Shown: positions 39,849 to 48,178 of the stretch, in pieces
Position numbering within the stretch: the first letter of the stretch is position 1
Layout of the letters: the number at the start of each line of letters is the position of its first letter
Origin: Pseudobdellovibrionaceae bacterium
GTDB taxonomy: Bacteria > Bdellovibrionota > Bdellovibrionia > Bdellovibrionales > UBA1609
Assembly (NCBI GenBank): GCA_018663505.1
Contig: JABJQG010000065.1
Location: forward strand, 3,315 to 67,314
DNA length: 64,000 nt
Direction of reading: 5' to 3'
Program-made: the position numbers and the translations under genes
The notes under the pieces: model-generated
Seen by the model: only the letters and a program-made list of their open reading frames with translations
Told to the model about the DNA's origin: nothing
Databases searched by the model: none

Positions 39849-40045
39849 GGCAATCCTTTCTAACTTCATTAAGTAGAAGTCATAGCCACTTTAAGTGATG
39901 CCATAAAGATTATCAGTAGAATTTTTTTCAAATGGAATTGTTACAGGGAGTTAATGCTAGGCTACCAGCGAAATTCAGCCTATTCTCCTTGTGTTACTTG
40001 TATTAATTACAACGTTTTGTTGTTTGTATAAAATAGGGAGTTCCT

Positions 40046-41281
40046 ATGTCTCACCATATTGATGAAAATGCTAAAGATGTTTTGCTTTTTGAAGCCATAC
40101 ATCCTGTTGGGAAACAGGCTTTTGAAGAGGTGAGTTTAAATGTAGATCTTTTAGATCATTCTTTAGTGGGCGATGAACTCAATGCAAAAATTAAACATAA
40201 CCAAGTTGTGGGTGTTAGGTCTAAGACTAAGATCACCTCAGAAGTGCTAAGTGCGAATCCGCATCTTACTGCAATAGGATGTTTTTGCATTGGAACAAAT
40301 CAAGTAGCTTTAGAAAAAGCAAATGAATTAGGTATACCAGTTTTTAATGCACCTTACTCAAATACTAGAAGTGTTGCAGAACTTGTTATCAGTGAAATGA
40401 TCAGTTTATCTCGTCAAATAGCACACAAAAGCGGATTGGCACATCAAGGTGTTTGGGAGAAAACCGCAGCAGGCTCTAACGAAGTTCGCGGTAAAGTTTT
40501 GGGTATTGTGGGTTATGGACATATTGGGTCACAGGTGAGTATTCTTGCTGAGTCCTTAGGTCTTAAAGTTGTGTTTTATGATACCATTAAAAAATTGCCA
40601 TTAGGCAATGCATCTAGTTCTGCTACTCTAGATAAATTATTAGAAAAATCTGACTTTGTAACTTTGCATGTTCCAGAGACCATGGAAACTAAAGATATGA
40701 TGGGCAAAAAGCAGTTTGGAAAAATGAAAAGAGGGGCTCATCTTTTAAATTTATCTAGAGGCACGGTTGTTGTCATAGATGATTTAGTTGAGGCTCTAAA
40801 AAGTGGCCAACTGGCAGGAGCAGCTGTAGATGTTTTTCCTGTGGAACCAAAAAGTAATAAAGATCAATTTGATAGTCCACTGCAGGGAGTAAATAATGTC
40901 ATTTTAACACCTCATATTGGTGGCAGTACACAAGAGGCACAAGAGGCCATTGGTCATGAGGTCTCTGAAAGCTTAATTAAATATATTCAAAGAGGGGCTA
41001 CAACTGGTGCTGTTAATTTTCCACAATTGGAAATCCCGCCTCTGAGAACAGGAGCAAGGCTGTTAAATGTTCATGAAAACAAACCAGGTGTTCTTGGGGA
41101 TATTAACACATTGATTTCCAATGCTGGAATAAATATTTCGGCACAGTTTTTATCAACAGATTCTAAAATAGGTTACTTAGTTGTGGATTTTGAAGATGTA
41201 ACAAAAGCCAAAGAATTAGCCATTGAAGTCGCAAAAAAAGATGTTTCCATTAAAACGAGAGTGATACTAGGCCATGCTTAA
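40046..41281 (+). CDS. serA: D-3-phosphoglycerate dehydrogenase (long form with a C-terminal ACT domain)
   Basis: GIVGYGHIGSQV NAD-binding motif, catalytic region LTPHIGGST, ~410 aa. Confidence 0.92.
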   Translation: MSHHIDENAKDVLLFEAIHPVGKQAFEEVSLNVDLLDHSLVGDELNAKIKHNQVVGVRSKTKITSEVLSANPHLTAIGCFCIGTNQVALEKANELGIPVFNAPYSNTRSVAELVISEMISLSRQIAHKSGLAHQGVWEKTAAGSNEVRGKVLGIVGYGHIGSQVSILAESLGLKVVFYDTIKKLPLGNASSSATLDKLLEKSDFVTLHVPETMETKDMMGKKQFGKMKRGAHLLNLSRGTVVVIDDLVEALKSGQLAGAAVDVFPVEPKSNKDQFDSPLQGVNNVILTPHIGGSTQEAQEAIGHEVSESLIKYIQRGATTGAVNFPQLEIPPLRTGARLLNVHENKPGVLGDINTLISNAGINISAQFLSTDSKIGYLVVDFEDVTKAKELAIEVAKKDVSIKTRVILGHA

Positions 41282-42650
41282 ACAATTAGAAGATATTTTC
41301 CCTAAAGATAGAATAAAATTAGATCAAGAAAGTTTTGATGTTTACGGTAGAGATTGGACAAAACATATAGCTCATTGCCCCTCGGCCATTGTGTTCCCAG
41401 AGAATACGGAACAAGTACAGAGCTTAGTAAAATGGGCGAGAAAAAACAATGTTAAACTTTTGCCTTCTGGCGGGCGCACGGGTTTGAGCGGAGCCGCCAC
41501 AGCCATTGATAACGAAGTGGTAGTTTCATTTGAAAAAATGCGAGCAATAAGAGACTTTAACGAAGTGGATCAAACAGTTGTGTGTGAAGCTGGTGTTATT
41601 ACAGAATCCTTACAAAATTATGCAATAGAAAAAGGTTTGTTTTACCCAGTGGATTTTGCAGCCAGAGGATCAAGTCAAATTGGAGGTAATGTTGCTACTA
41701 ATGCTGGAGGGATTAAAGTCCTTCGTTATGGTCTTACACGTCAGTGGGTTACAGGGTTAAAAGTTGTAACTGGTAAAGGGGATATTCTTAATTTAAACCA
41801 AGGTTTAATTAAAAATGCCACAGGTTATGATTTAAGACATTTGTTTATTGGCAGCGAGGGAACTCTTGGCTTTGTTACAGAGGTCATTGTTCAGCTACTA
41901 CCGCCTCCAAAAGATCTATCTGTAATGATGTTTGGTTTATCTAGCTTGGATGATGTTTTGAATTTATATAAAACTTTTAAGTTTCAATTACCTTTAACAG
42001 CTTTTGAGATGTTCACAGATGTAGCTTTAAAGCATGTATTACAAAACGATGAATTACAAAAGCCTTTTGAAACTGACTCCAAATACTACGTACTTTTAGA
42101 GTTAGAGAGTATTAGTGAGGGTATTTTAGAATCAGCTATGGAACTTTTTGAAGAGTGTTTTGATAAAGGCTGGGTAGAAGACGGCACTGTTAGCCAGAGT
42201 GAAGCTCAATCTAAAATGCTATGGCGTTTGAGAGAGGATATTTCCGAAGCCACTTCAGCTTATGAACCCTACAAAAATGATATTTCTGTTCGAGTTTCAC
42301 ATGTCACCGAGTTCTTAAATGAAATGGATAAGATTTTAATCGAGCAATATGCCGATATTGAAGTTGTATGGTTTGGTCATATTGGTGACGGTAATTTACA
42401 TATTAATATGTTAAAACCTGAAAATATGTCCTCTGATAATTTTATAAAAAAATGTAAATCTGCAAATGTAGAAATGTTCCAAATGATTGAACGATTCAAA
42501 GGAAGCATATCTGCAGAACACGGTCTTGGCTTTACAAAAAAAGCAGACCTGGAAAAAACAAGGTCCATTGAAGAAATTGAATATCTAAGAGGTATTAGGA
42601 AAGTTTTTGATCCCGATGGAATTCTAAGTCCAGGGAAAATGTTACCTTAA
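41274..42650 (+). CDS. FAD-linked oxidase, GlcD / D-2-hydroxyglutarate dehydrogenase-like
   Basis: FAD_binding_4-type N-terminus (PSGGRTGLSGAA), C-terminal SISAEHGLG. Its start overlaps the serA end by 8 nt. Confidence 0.8.
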   Translation: MLKQLEDIFPKDRIKLDQESFDVYGRDWTKHIAHCPSAIVFPENTEQVQSLVKWARKNNVKLLPSGGRTGLSGAATAIDNEVVVSFEKMRAIRDFNEVDQTVVCEAGVITESLQNYAIEKGLFYPVDFAARGSSQIGGNVATNAGGIKVLRYGLTRQWVTGLKVVTGKGDILNLNQGLIKNATGYDLRHLFIGSEGTLGFVTEVIVQLLPPPKDLSVMMFGLSSLDDVLNLYKTFKFQLPLTAFEMFTDVALKHVLQNDELQKPFETDSKYYVLLELESISEGILESAMELFEECFDKGWVEDGTVSQSEAQSKMLWRLREDISEATSAYEPYKNDISVRVSHVTEFLNEMDKILIEQYADIEVVWFGHIGDGNLHINMLKPENMSSDNFIKKCKSANVEMFQMIERFKGSISAEHGLGFTKKADLEKTRSIEEIEYLRGIRKVFDPDGILSPGKMLP

Positions 42651-42671
42651 TTTCTGTGAGATCAGTGGTAA

Positions 42672-42959
42672 TTAGTTATATTTGAGCAGGACAGCTTTTA
42701 ACTCAGAGATGGCATTATTGCTAACTTCTTGCCAGTTTGAGGCTTTTTGCAAGCAACTTTCTTCTGCTATGGCACAGATGTCAGTAACCTCGGGAACGCC
42801 ATAGGTTTTTCCAGTTCCTTTTAATTTATGAAACTCATCCTCTATGATTTCGAGATTTGCATCTAGCATAAGATTTTCTAGTTGTTCAATTTTTTTTGGT
42901 AAATCAGCTAGATATTCTTTTTTTAATTCATCAAGCATATTTTGAAAGTCTTTATTCAC
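42672..42959 (-). CDS. Histidine phosphotransfer (Hpt) domain protein
   Basis: HKLKGTGKTYG (HxxKG phospho-His motif). The track ORF (to 43031) overlaps the kinase gene by 76 nt. The likely start is GTG 42959 (GTGA overlap with the kinase stop) or ATG 42938. Confidence 0.75.
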   Translation of the reverse strand: MNKDFQNMLDELKKEYLADLPKKIEQLENLMLDANLEIIEDEFHKLKGTGKTYGVPEVTDICAIAEESCLQKASNWQEVSNNAISELKAVLLKYN

Positions 42960-44332
42960 GATCCCGCCCTGACTTTTTCCTCTAGAACAGTAGATTGATG
43001 TAGGGATTTTGTTCCATGTTTGTATTTCCATTCTGGAAGAGTAAAGAAAAAGTTAGAGCCAAACCCTGGACTAGAGTTTACGTTAATTTCGCCACTATGC
43101 TCCTCAATTAGCGCTTTAGCTATGGCTAATCCTAATCCAGTGCCTTTAACTAAGGGGTTATTTGGCCCGGTGGCTTGTCTAAATTTTTGAAATATAAACT
43201 GTTGGTCCTCAGGTGAGATACCTGGTCCCTGATCAATGACCTCAATAACCAAATGTTGATTTTCTGATACTGTGGCAGAAACAGTGATTTTTCCATTTTC
43301 AGGACTAAATTTAATGGCATTAGATAATAAGTTGGTAATGACTTGTTGGATTCTGTCAGAATCAATTTGTACATATATATTTTCGAATCCCTCTTGGGTG
43401 AGCTGTACTTTTGCAGTTTGTGCTAAACCAAAAAGGCTTTGAAAAGTTCTATTTATTAAATCTGAAAGTATAATCCACTCCAAATTTAAGGGGAATTGTC
43501 GTGCTTCAATTTTGGTTAGATCCAAAATATCATTAATTAAGCGTATGAGACGATCACTTTCCACTTCCGCAATATCAAGTAAGCTAACAGTAGCCTCATT
43601 AAACTCTTCGGTAACACCACTTTTTAACAGACTCAGGGATCCCTTAATAGATGTAAGGGGAGTTCTTAGCTCATGAGAAGCAATACTTAAAAATTCCGAT
43701 TTTGCATGATCTAAGGATTCTAGATCATCTAAGCGTGTAAGAACTTTTTGTGCCATGGCATTAAAGTTGATTTGTAATTCTCCAATTTCATTATTTGGTG
43801 GGATTGAGAATTGATAACTATATTTCCTGTTTACAAAATCCATCATTTTTTTACTTAAATCTTTGATCTGTCGAAAGAAGCTAAATTGTAAGAATAAAAT
43901 CACAACTAGAATCGTAGCTGACCCCAAGGCAACAAGGAAACCTCCAGCATAAAATATTTTTTTATCTACATTGGATTTTTTAACTTTAAAATGTTTGCGA
44001 TACTCTAATTCATTTTTATTATAAATAAGTAGATTTTTTTTAAATAAACTGAAGTGTTTTTTTCCATAATTAACAAGAAGTTCACTAACAAACTCTTGTC
44101 TGTTTTTCGAGTGCATAGACTCTCTAATTTTTTGTATATGCTCAAATTGTTTTTTATGGAATTTACTGGTATTTAATTTATGAATTTCGCTTTCAATGAG
44201 GTAGCTTTGCTCAATAAGCTCTTCGTAATAGACCTTTTCATTATTTAATTTCACCACCCTATACGTGCCAAAAACAGAAGCTCCTAAAGTTAAAAATAGT
44301 ATAAGAAACAAACGAAAGCGAATATAAGTCAT
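42956..44332 (-). CDS. Membrane sensor histidine kinase (TM-HAMP-HisKA-HATPase)
   Basis: H-box FLSIASHELRTPLTSI, N-box LLSNAIKFSP, G-boxes DQGPGI and GTGLGLAIAK. Confidence 0.92.
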   Translation of the reverse strand: MTYIRFRLFLILFLTLGASVFGTYRVVKLNNEKVYYEELIEQSYLIESEIHKLNTSKFHKKQFEHIQKIRESMHSKNRQEFVSELLVNYGKKHFSLFKKNLLIYNKNELEYRKHFKVKKSNVDKKIFYAGGFLVALGSATILVVILFLQFSFFRQIKDLSKKMMDFVNRKYSYQFSIPPNNEIGELQINFNAMAQKVLTRLDDLESLDHAKSEFLSIASHELRTPLTSIKGSLSLLKSGVTEEFNEATVSLLDIAEVESDRLIRLINDILDLTKIEARQFPLNLEWIILSDLINRTFQSLFGLAQTAKVQLTQEGFENIYVQIDSDRIQQVITNLLSNAIKFSPENGKITVSATVSENQHLVIEVIDQGPGISPEDQQFIFQKFRQATGPNNPLVKGTGLGLAIAKALIEEHSGEINVNSSPGFGSNFFFTLPEWKYKHGTKSLHQSTVLEEKVRAGS

Positions 44333-44706
44333 TCAGAGAAACCTTTGTCTTTTAGAATGTTTTCGATTTCTTGCCAAAGTGTTTGTGGGTCAAATGGTTT
44401 AGGAATAAATCCTAAACCGTGTTTGGTAAATTCTGAAACTTGATCTTGCTGTGATTTTGCGCTTAAAAAAATAATAGGTTTAATGGGAGCTGTGGATTGC
44501 TCTTTGTAGGATATACAAACGGAGACACCATTAAGTTTAGGCATCATCTCATCTAAAAGAATGAGATCATATTCATTTGTAAGTGCTTTTTCTAAAGCCT
44601 CTGCCCCATCGTGAACAACATGTACATCATGACCTTGAAAATGTTCTAAAGTCATTTTAGCAATCTTAGAAATATTAATGTCATCTTCGGCTAAAAGAAT
44701 TTTCAT
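44329..44706 (-). CDS. Single-domain (CheY-like) response regulator
   Basis: KILLAEDD...LILLDEMMPKLNG...SAK. ATGA overlap with the kinase start. The start could be ATG 44706 or 44718. Confidence 0.88.
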   Translation of the reverse strand: MKILLAEDDINISKIAKMTLEHFQGHDVHVVHDGAEALEKALTNEYDLILLDEMMPKLNGVSVCISYKEQSTAPIKPIIFLSAKSQQDQVSEFTKHGLGFIPKPFDPQTLWQEIENILKDKGFSE

Positions 44707-44821
44707 GTAACCTCGCATATTACACCACTCTTATCGGATTGATGTCCTTGAGATTAAAGGAATTTTCAAAAATCTAGATATTATTTCAATTTGTTTCACC
44801 TCAACCAAAGTCCGCGTTTCA

Positions 44822-44974
44822 GTTATACTCCGTCTATGAAATTTGCGTGAGTTCTCTTTAAAGGCGCACAAAAAATGAGTTCAGCGTGGAGGCCAAAGGC
44901 CGAGCACTGCCTGTCTGAAAGTTTTTAGGTGCCTTTAAAGAGAACTCACGCAAATTTCATAGACGGAGTATAAC
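44822..44974 (+). repeat. Composite hairpin element, copy 1: 44-bp perfect inverted arms (44822-44865 / 44931-44974) around a 65-nt loop carrying a conserved 42-nt core (44877-44918)
   Basis: Arms and core were read directly. The core GAGTTCAGCGTGGAGGCCAAAGGCCGAGCACTGCCTGTCTGA matches 52515-52556 on the opposite strand at 38 of 42 positions. Confidence 0.9.
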
Positions 44975-45035
44975 ACACGATGGTTCAAACTTAAGTAGAC
45001 AACGTAGTGTTGTTGAGAACGACAAAGATAATAAT

Positions 45036-48000
45036 TTAAAAATCTTCTAAAGCATCTAGACTAATGTCCTTGTCTTGTATAGGCTTTAGAGAAAGCTTTT
45101 TGAGTTTCAGAACGGTCTTACTTTTTCTCTTTAGATCATGAACAGTGATTAACCTTGCTCTAAAGTATCTCTTTTTATGCTTTTTATACTTGCTAAAAGA
45201 CATCTTCTTAACAAGTTTTCCTTTTTTATCGAAGTACTCAGATTTTAATATTTTGAAATTCTTAATGTTTATCCAAGATTTAATTTTACTATAACTAGTT
45301 CCAATTTTATTTTTAGCAACACTTTCAATGATAACAGTATTGTTTTTAAGCTTTTTTTGAATGGTGTTTTTGAAACTTTTGTATGTGGATAAGCTCAGAT
45401 CCTCATAACTAAGGTCAGAGTCTAGAAACCTTGATTTTTTATTACCACTCAGTATTCTACGAGTCTTTTCGGTGGAGGGCAGGTAGAGCCATTGCTGCTC
45501 TTTATCATCTTTGTTTATTGTTAGAACACCAAGGCCTTCTAGGTCCTTCGGTTCATTAATTCGGATAAGTGCTTTTTGCTCATTTTTAGTATTTTTTCTT
45601 TTAATAACCAAAACTCTTTTTTGCACTTCATTATCTGAATTTGTAATTGTCATTTCTAAAAATGCTGTTTCTTGGGGAATTGAAGTGACTTTTTCTACTT
45701 TGTCTAAAATTTGTTTTGCACTCAAAGATTTGGCTATTGCTTGTGTAGGTATAAATAAAGACAGGGCCACAACAAGTATAAAGAAACTGTTTAGAGCTAA
45801 ACGTGGTTTAAATCCAATGGGACTGTGGTTTGATAGTATTTTTGGGAATCGTGCTAAGAAAGCGGGTAATAATACTAAATCACCCACTAGTCCTGCAATT
45901 AAAGATAATAACATAAATGCTCCAAAGGTTTTGTTCATTTCAAAAAATGAGAAGAGAAATACAGAAAATCCAGCAACAAGAGACAGTGAGGATATCAAGC
46001 AAGGTTTTGTTTCTTCCATAAGTAATTTTTTTATATCCACTTCGGAATCTTTTTTCAAAGATTGTCGAAGTTGCCCTAATATATATACTGTGTTGTCAAA
46101 AGCAATACCTAATGAGATGGCAAAGATAATTGCGATTCCAGGTTTAATTGGAGTTTGTGTAATAGCAAGAAAGCCAAGTAAGATTGTGGGTGGTACTATA
46201 TTGGGGATTATTGCCACCAATGACCATCGAATGGATTTGAACACTACACTGAGCAATATAAAGACTAAAAATAGGGCCTGAAAAAAACCATACATCATTG
46301 TTTTTGATATTTCACGATTAAGTGGGTGAGCTGTGGCAGCCAGACCTCCAAATTTTACGTCCACATTCTTGAAATTTTTATGGATTGTCGACTTAATATT
46401 AGAGATAACCAATCCCATTTTATTGTCAGGTAAATCAGCTAACTTTATATGTAGTCTTGAGGCCGAAAAGTTCTTGTTTGCAAAATGTGGAATTGGGTTA
46501 ACATCAGCCATGGAGTACATAAAATAGGATTCACTGATCCCTGCATCTGAATGAGGAATGTTTTTTAGCTCTTGAGGAGCTTTAATAAAGTCTGTTATAG
46601 ACACTATACTTTTGATTGATGGATTTGCTCTTAATGATAACACCAGAGTATCCAATGTTTTTAGGTTTTTATGAGATTTCCAGTAGTTTTTATTATTTGT
46701 GTCAATCATGACTTCAAGGGGAATCGCTCCTCCTAAATTTTCGCTTATAAACTCTGTTGTTTTTCTAGATTCATTATTTTTTGGTAGATCGTTAAATAAA
46801 AGGGCTGTCCAGTTGAGTTGAGTTCCAATGAGTAAGAATCCAAAACAAACAGTTACGATACCTGTTGTTAAAGATTTGTGATTTTTAATAATAAACTGGG
46901 CATAGGAGCTAATACCTAATGACCATTTTTTAGTTTTAGGGATGGGAAAAATAATCATAAGATTAGGAAGTAGTATTAATGTTCCCAAGCACCCAACAAG
47001 TACACCAAGAGAAACGGTTAAGCCATAGCTTGAGATCATAGGGACTTTTGCAGTGAGTAAGGTACTAAAGCCAACTGAGGTTGTTAGAGCGGTGAGAAGA
47101 TGTGGAACGGTAAGGCTTTTTAGAGTATAAACAATACTTTTAAATTTTGCTTCAAAATCTTGAACTGGCGAGGAGTAAAATACATCTGAAATTTTAATCA
47201 TAGTATGAGTAGAAATCGCTACAATTGTTATTGTTATTAAAATGGGTACTGTTGAAGATAAAATAGTGAAAGGGAAACTCATAATAGACATAAAGCCTAA
47301 TACGAGAATATTTCCACCAGCAATGATAATAAGTGAGATTAGAGGGGCTACAAATCCTCTAAATGTAAGTTTGAGTATAAGTAGAGCGCCGAGCAAAGAT
47401 AAGGCAACAAACAAGCTGAGCTCCTTTGACAAGAGCTGGGTAACTTGTGTTTTAATTGCAGCAGGTCCACCAATTTGAAGCTGTGCATAAGGTACTTCTT
47501 TATTAATAAATGCACGAATTTGATTGGCCATATTTTCATTTTTTTGCACACTAATATTTTTAAGAGTCACAATAATTGACGTGTGTTTGGCATCCTGAGA
47601 AATGAGTTGAGGGCTAATTAAGGGGTCTTTTAATGTCCACTGATTTTCATTATTTAATTGTGAAATTTCATAATATGAACCAATTGAGAAGCTATCTTCT
47701 TCTGTATATGCTGTGTCTACATTGGCAAGACTTAAAATACTATCTGTGGTCTCTAGGCTCTCTATATAACCTGTAATATTTTGAATATGTGTCAATTGTT
47801 TTAGATTCAGCCAACTTTGAGAAGTTTTCTGTGGGAGCGACAGTACAAAAGTATATGGTGAAAGTTTTTTAATCTTAAATTCTTTTTTTAAAGAAACATC
47901 ATCATTTAATATTTTATGGTTTTTAGGTTGAAACTGTTCGAAGCCATAATGGGTTTTTATGTTTTTTGCTTTTTGAAATGCCAGTGCGGTGATTATAGTG

Positions 48001-48089
48001 AACAAAAAAATGACAAAAACAGAAACTCTTTTTAGTTTTTTTTGTCTAGACTTTGTAATTGTATAATCTTTATTCATTTTTCTCCTCAT
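45036..48089 (-). CDS. RND/MMPL-superfamily exporter fused to a C-terminal LolA-like (outer-membrane lipoprotein-sorting-like) domain
   Basis: Two 6-TM bundles, each preceded by a large periplasmic loop, then a 13th TM (LNSFFILVVALSLFIPTQAIA). The last ~232 aa contain QWLYLPSTEKTRRILSGNKKSRFLDSDLSYEDL, typical of LolA-like sorting proteins. The alternative start ATG 48077 has AGGAG upstream. Confidence 0.75.
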   Translation of the reverse strand: MRRKMNKDYTITKSRQKKLKRVSVFVIFLFTIITALAFQKAKNIKTHYGFEQFQPKNHKILNDDVSLKKEFKIKKLSPYTFVLSLPQKTSQSWLNLKQLTHIQNITGYIESLETTDSILSLANVDTAYTEEDSFSIGSYYEISQLNNENQWTLKDPLISPQLISQDAKHTSIIVTLKNISVQKNENMANQIRAFINKEVPYAQLQIGGPAAIKTQVTQLLSKELSLFVALSLLGALLILKLTFRGFVAPLISLIIIAGGNILVLGFMSIMSFPFTILSSTVPILITITIVAISTHTMIKISDVFYSSPVQDFEAKFKSIVYTLKSLTVPHLLTALTTSVGFSTLLTAKVPMISSYGLTVSLGVLVGCLGTLILLPNLMIIFPIPKTKKWSLGISSYAQFIIKNHKSLTTGIVTVCFGFLLIGTQLNWTALLFNDLPKNNESRKTTEFISENLGGAIPLEVMIDTNNKNYWKSHKNLKTLDTLVLSLRANPSIKSIVSITDFIKAPQELKNIPHSDAGISESYFMYSMADVNPIPHFANKNFSASRLHIKLADLPDNKMGLVISNIKSTIHKNFKNVDVKFGGLAATAHPLNREISKTMMYGFFQALFLVFILLSVVFKSIRWSLVAIIPNIVPPTILLGFLAITQTPIKPGIAIIFAISLGIAFDNTVYILGQLRQSLKKDSEVDIKKLLMEETKPCLISSLSLVAGFSVFLFSFFEMNKTFGAFMLLSLIAGLVGDLVLLPAFLARFPKILSNHSPIGFKPRLALNSFFILVVALSLFIPTQAIAKSLSAKQILDKVEKVTSIPQETAFLEMTITNSDNEVQKRVLVIKRKNTKNEQKALIRINEPKDLEGLGVLTINKDDKEQQWLYLPSTEKTRRILSGNKKSRFLDSDLSYEDLSLSTYKSFKNTIQKKLKNNTVIIESVAKNKIGTSYSKIKSWINIKNFKILKSEYFDKKGKLVKKMSFSKYKKHKKRYFRARLITVHDLKRKSKTVLKLKKLSLKPIQDKDISLDALEDF

Positions 48090-48178
48090 ATTTTTCTTAA
48101 CTATAAGAAATATTTGATTATTCTTCGGAATGTTAAAATAAAACTTTAGTCTAAAGTTTTTGCACCGATAGATAAAAT

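Noticed and set aside
44875-44928. A 17-codon ORF (MSSAWRPKAEHCLSESF) inside the loop of hairpin element copy 1.
   Set aside because: The homologous core in copy 2 has no ATG and contains an in-frame stop (…GCG CGG AGG CCG TAG). The reading frame is not conserved, so the conservation is at the nucleotide or structure level.
45511-46281. A 256-aa ORF antisense to the RND/MMPL gene. Similar antisense ORFs occur at 46333-46527 and 47242-47478.
   Set aside because: They lie entirely within a well-supported gene on the other strand, and their low-complexity composition is typical of shadow ORFs in AT-rich DNA.
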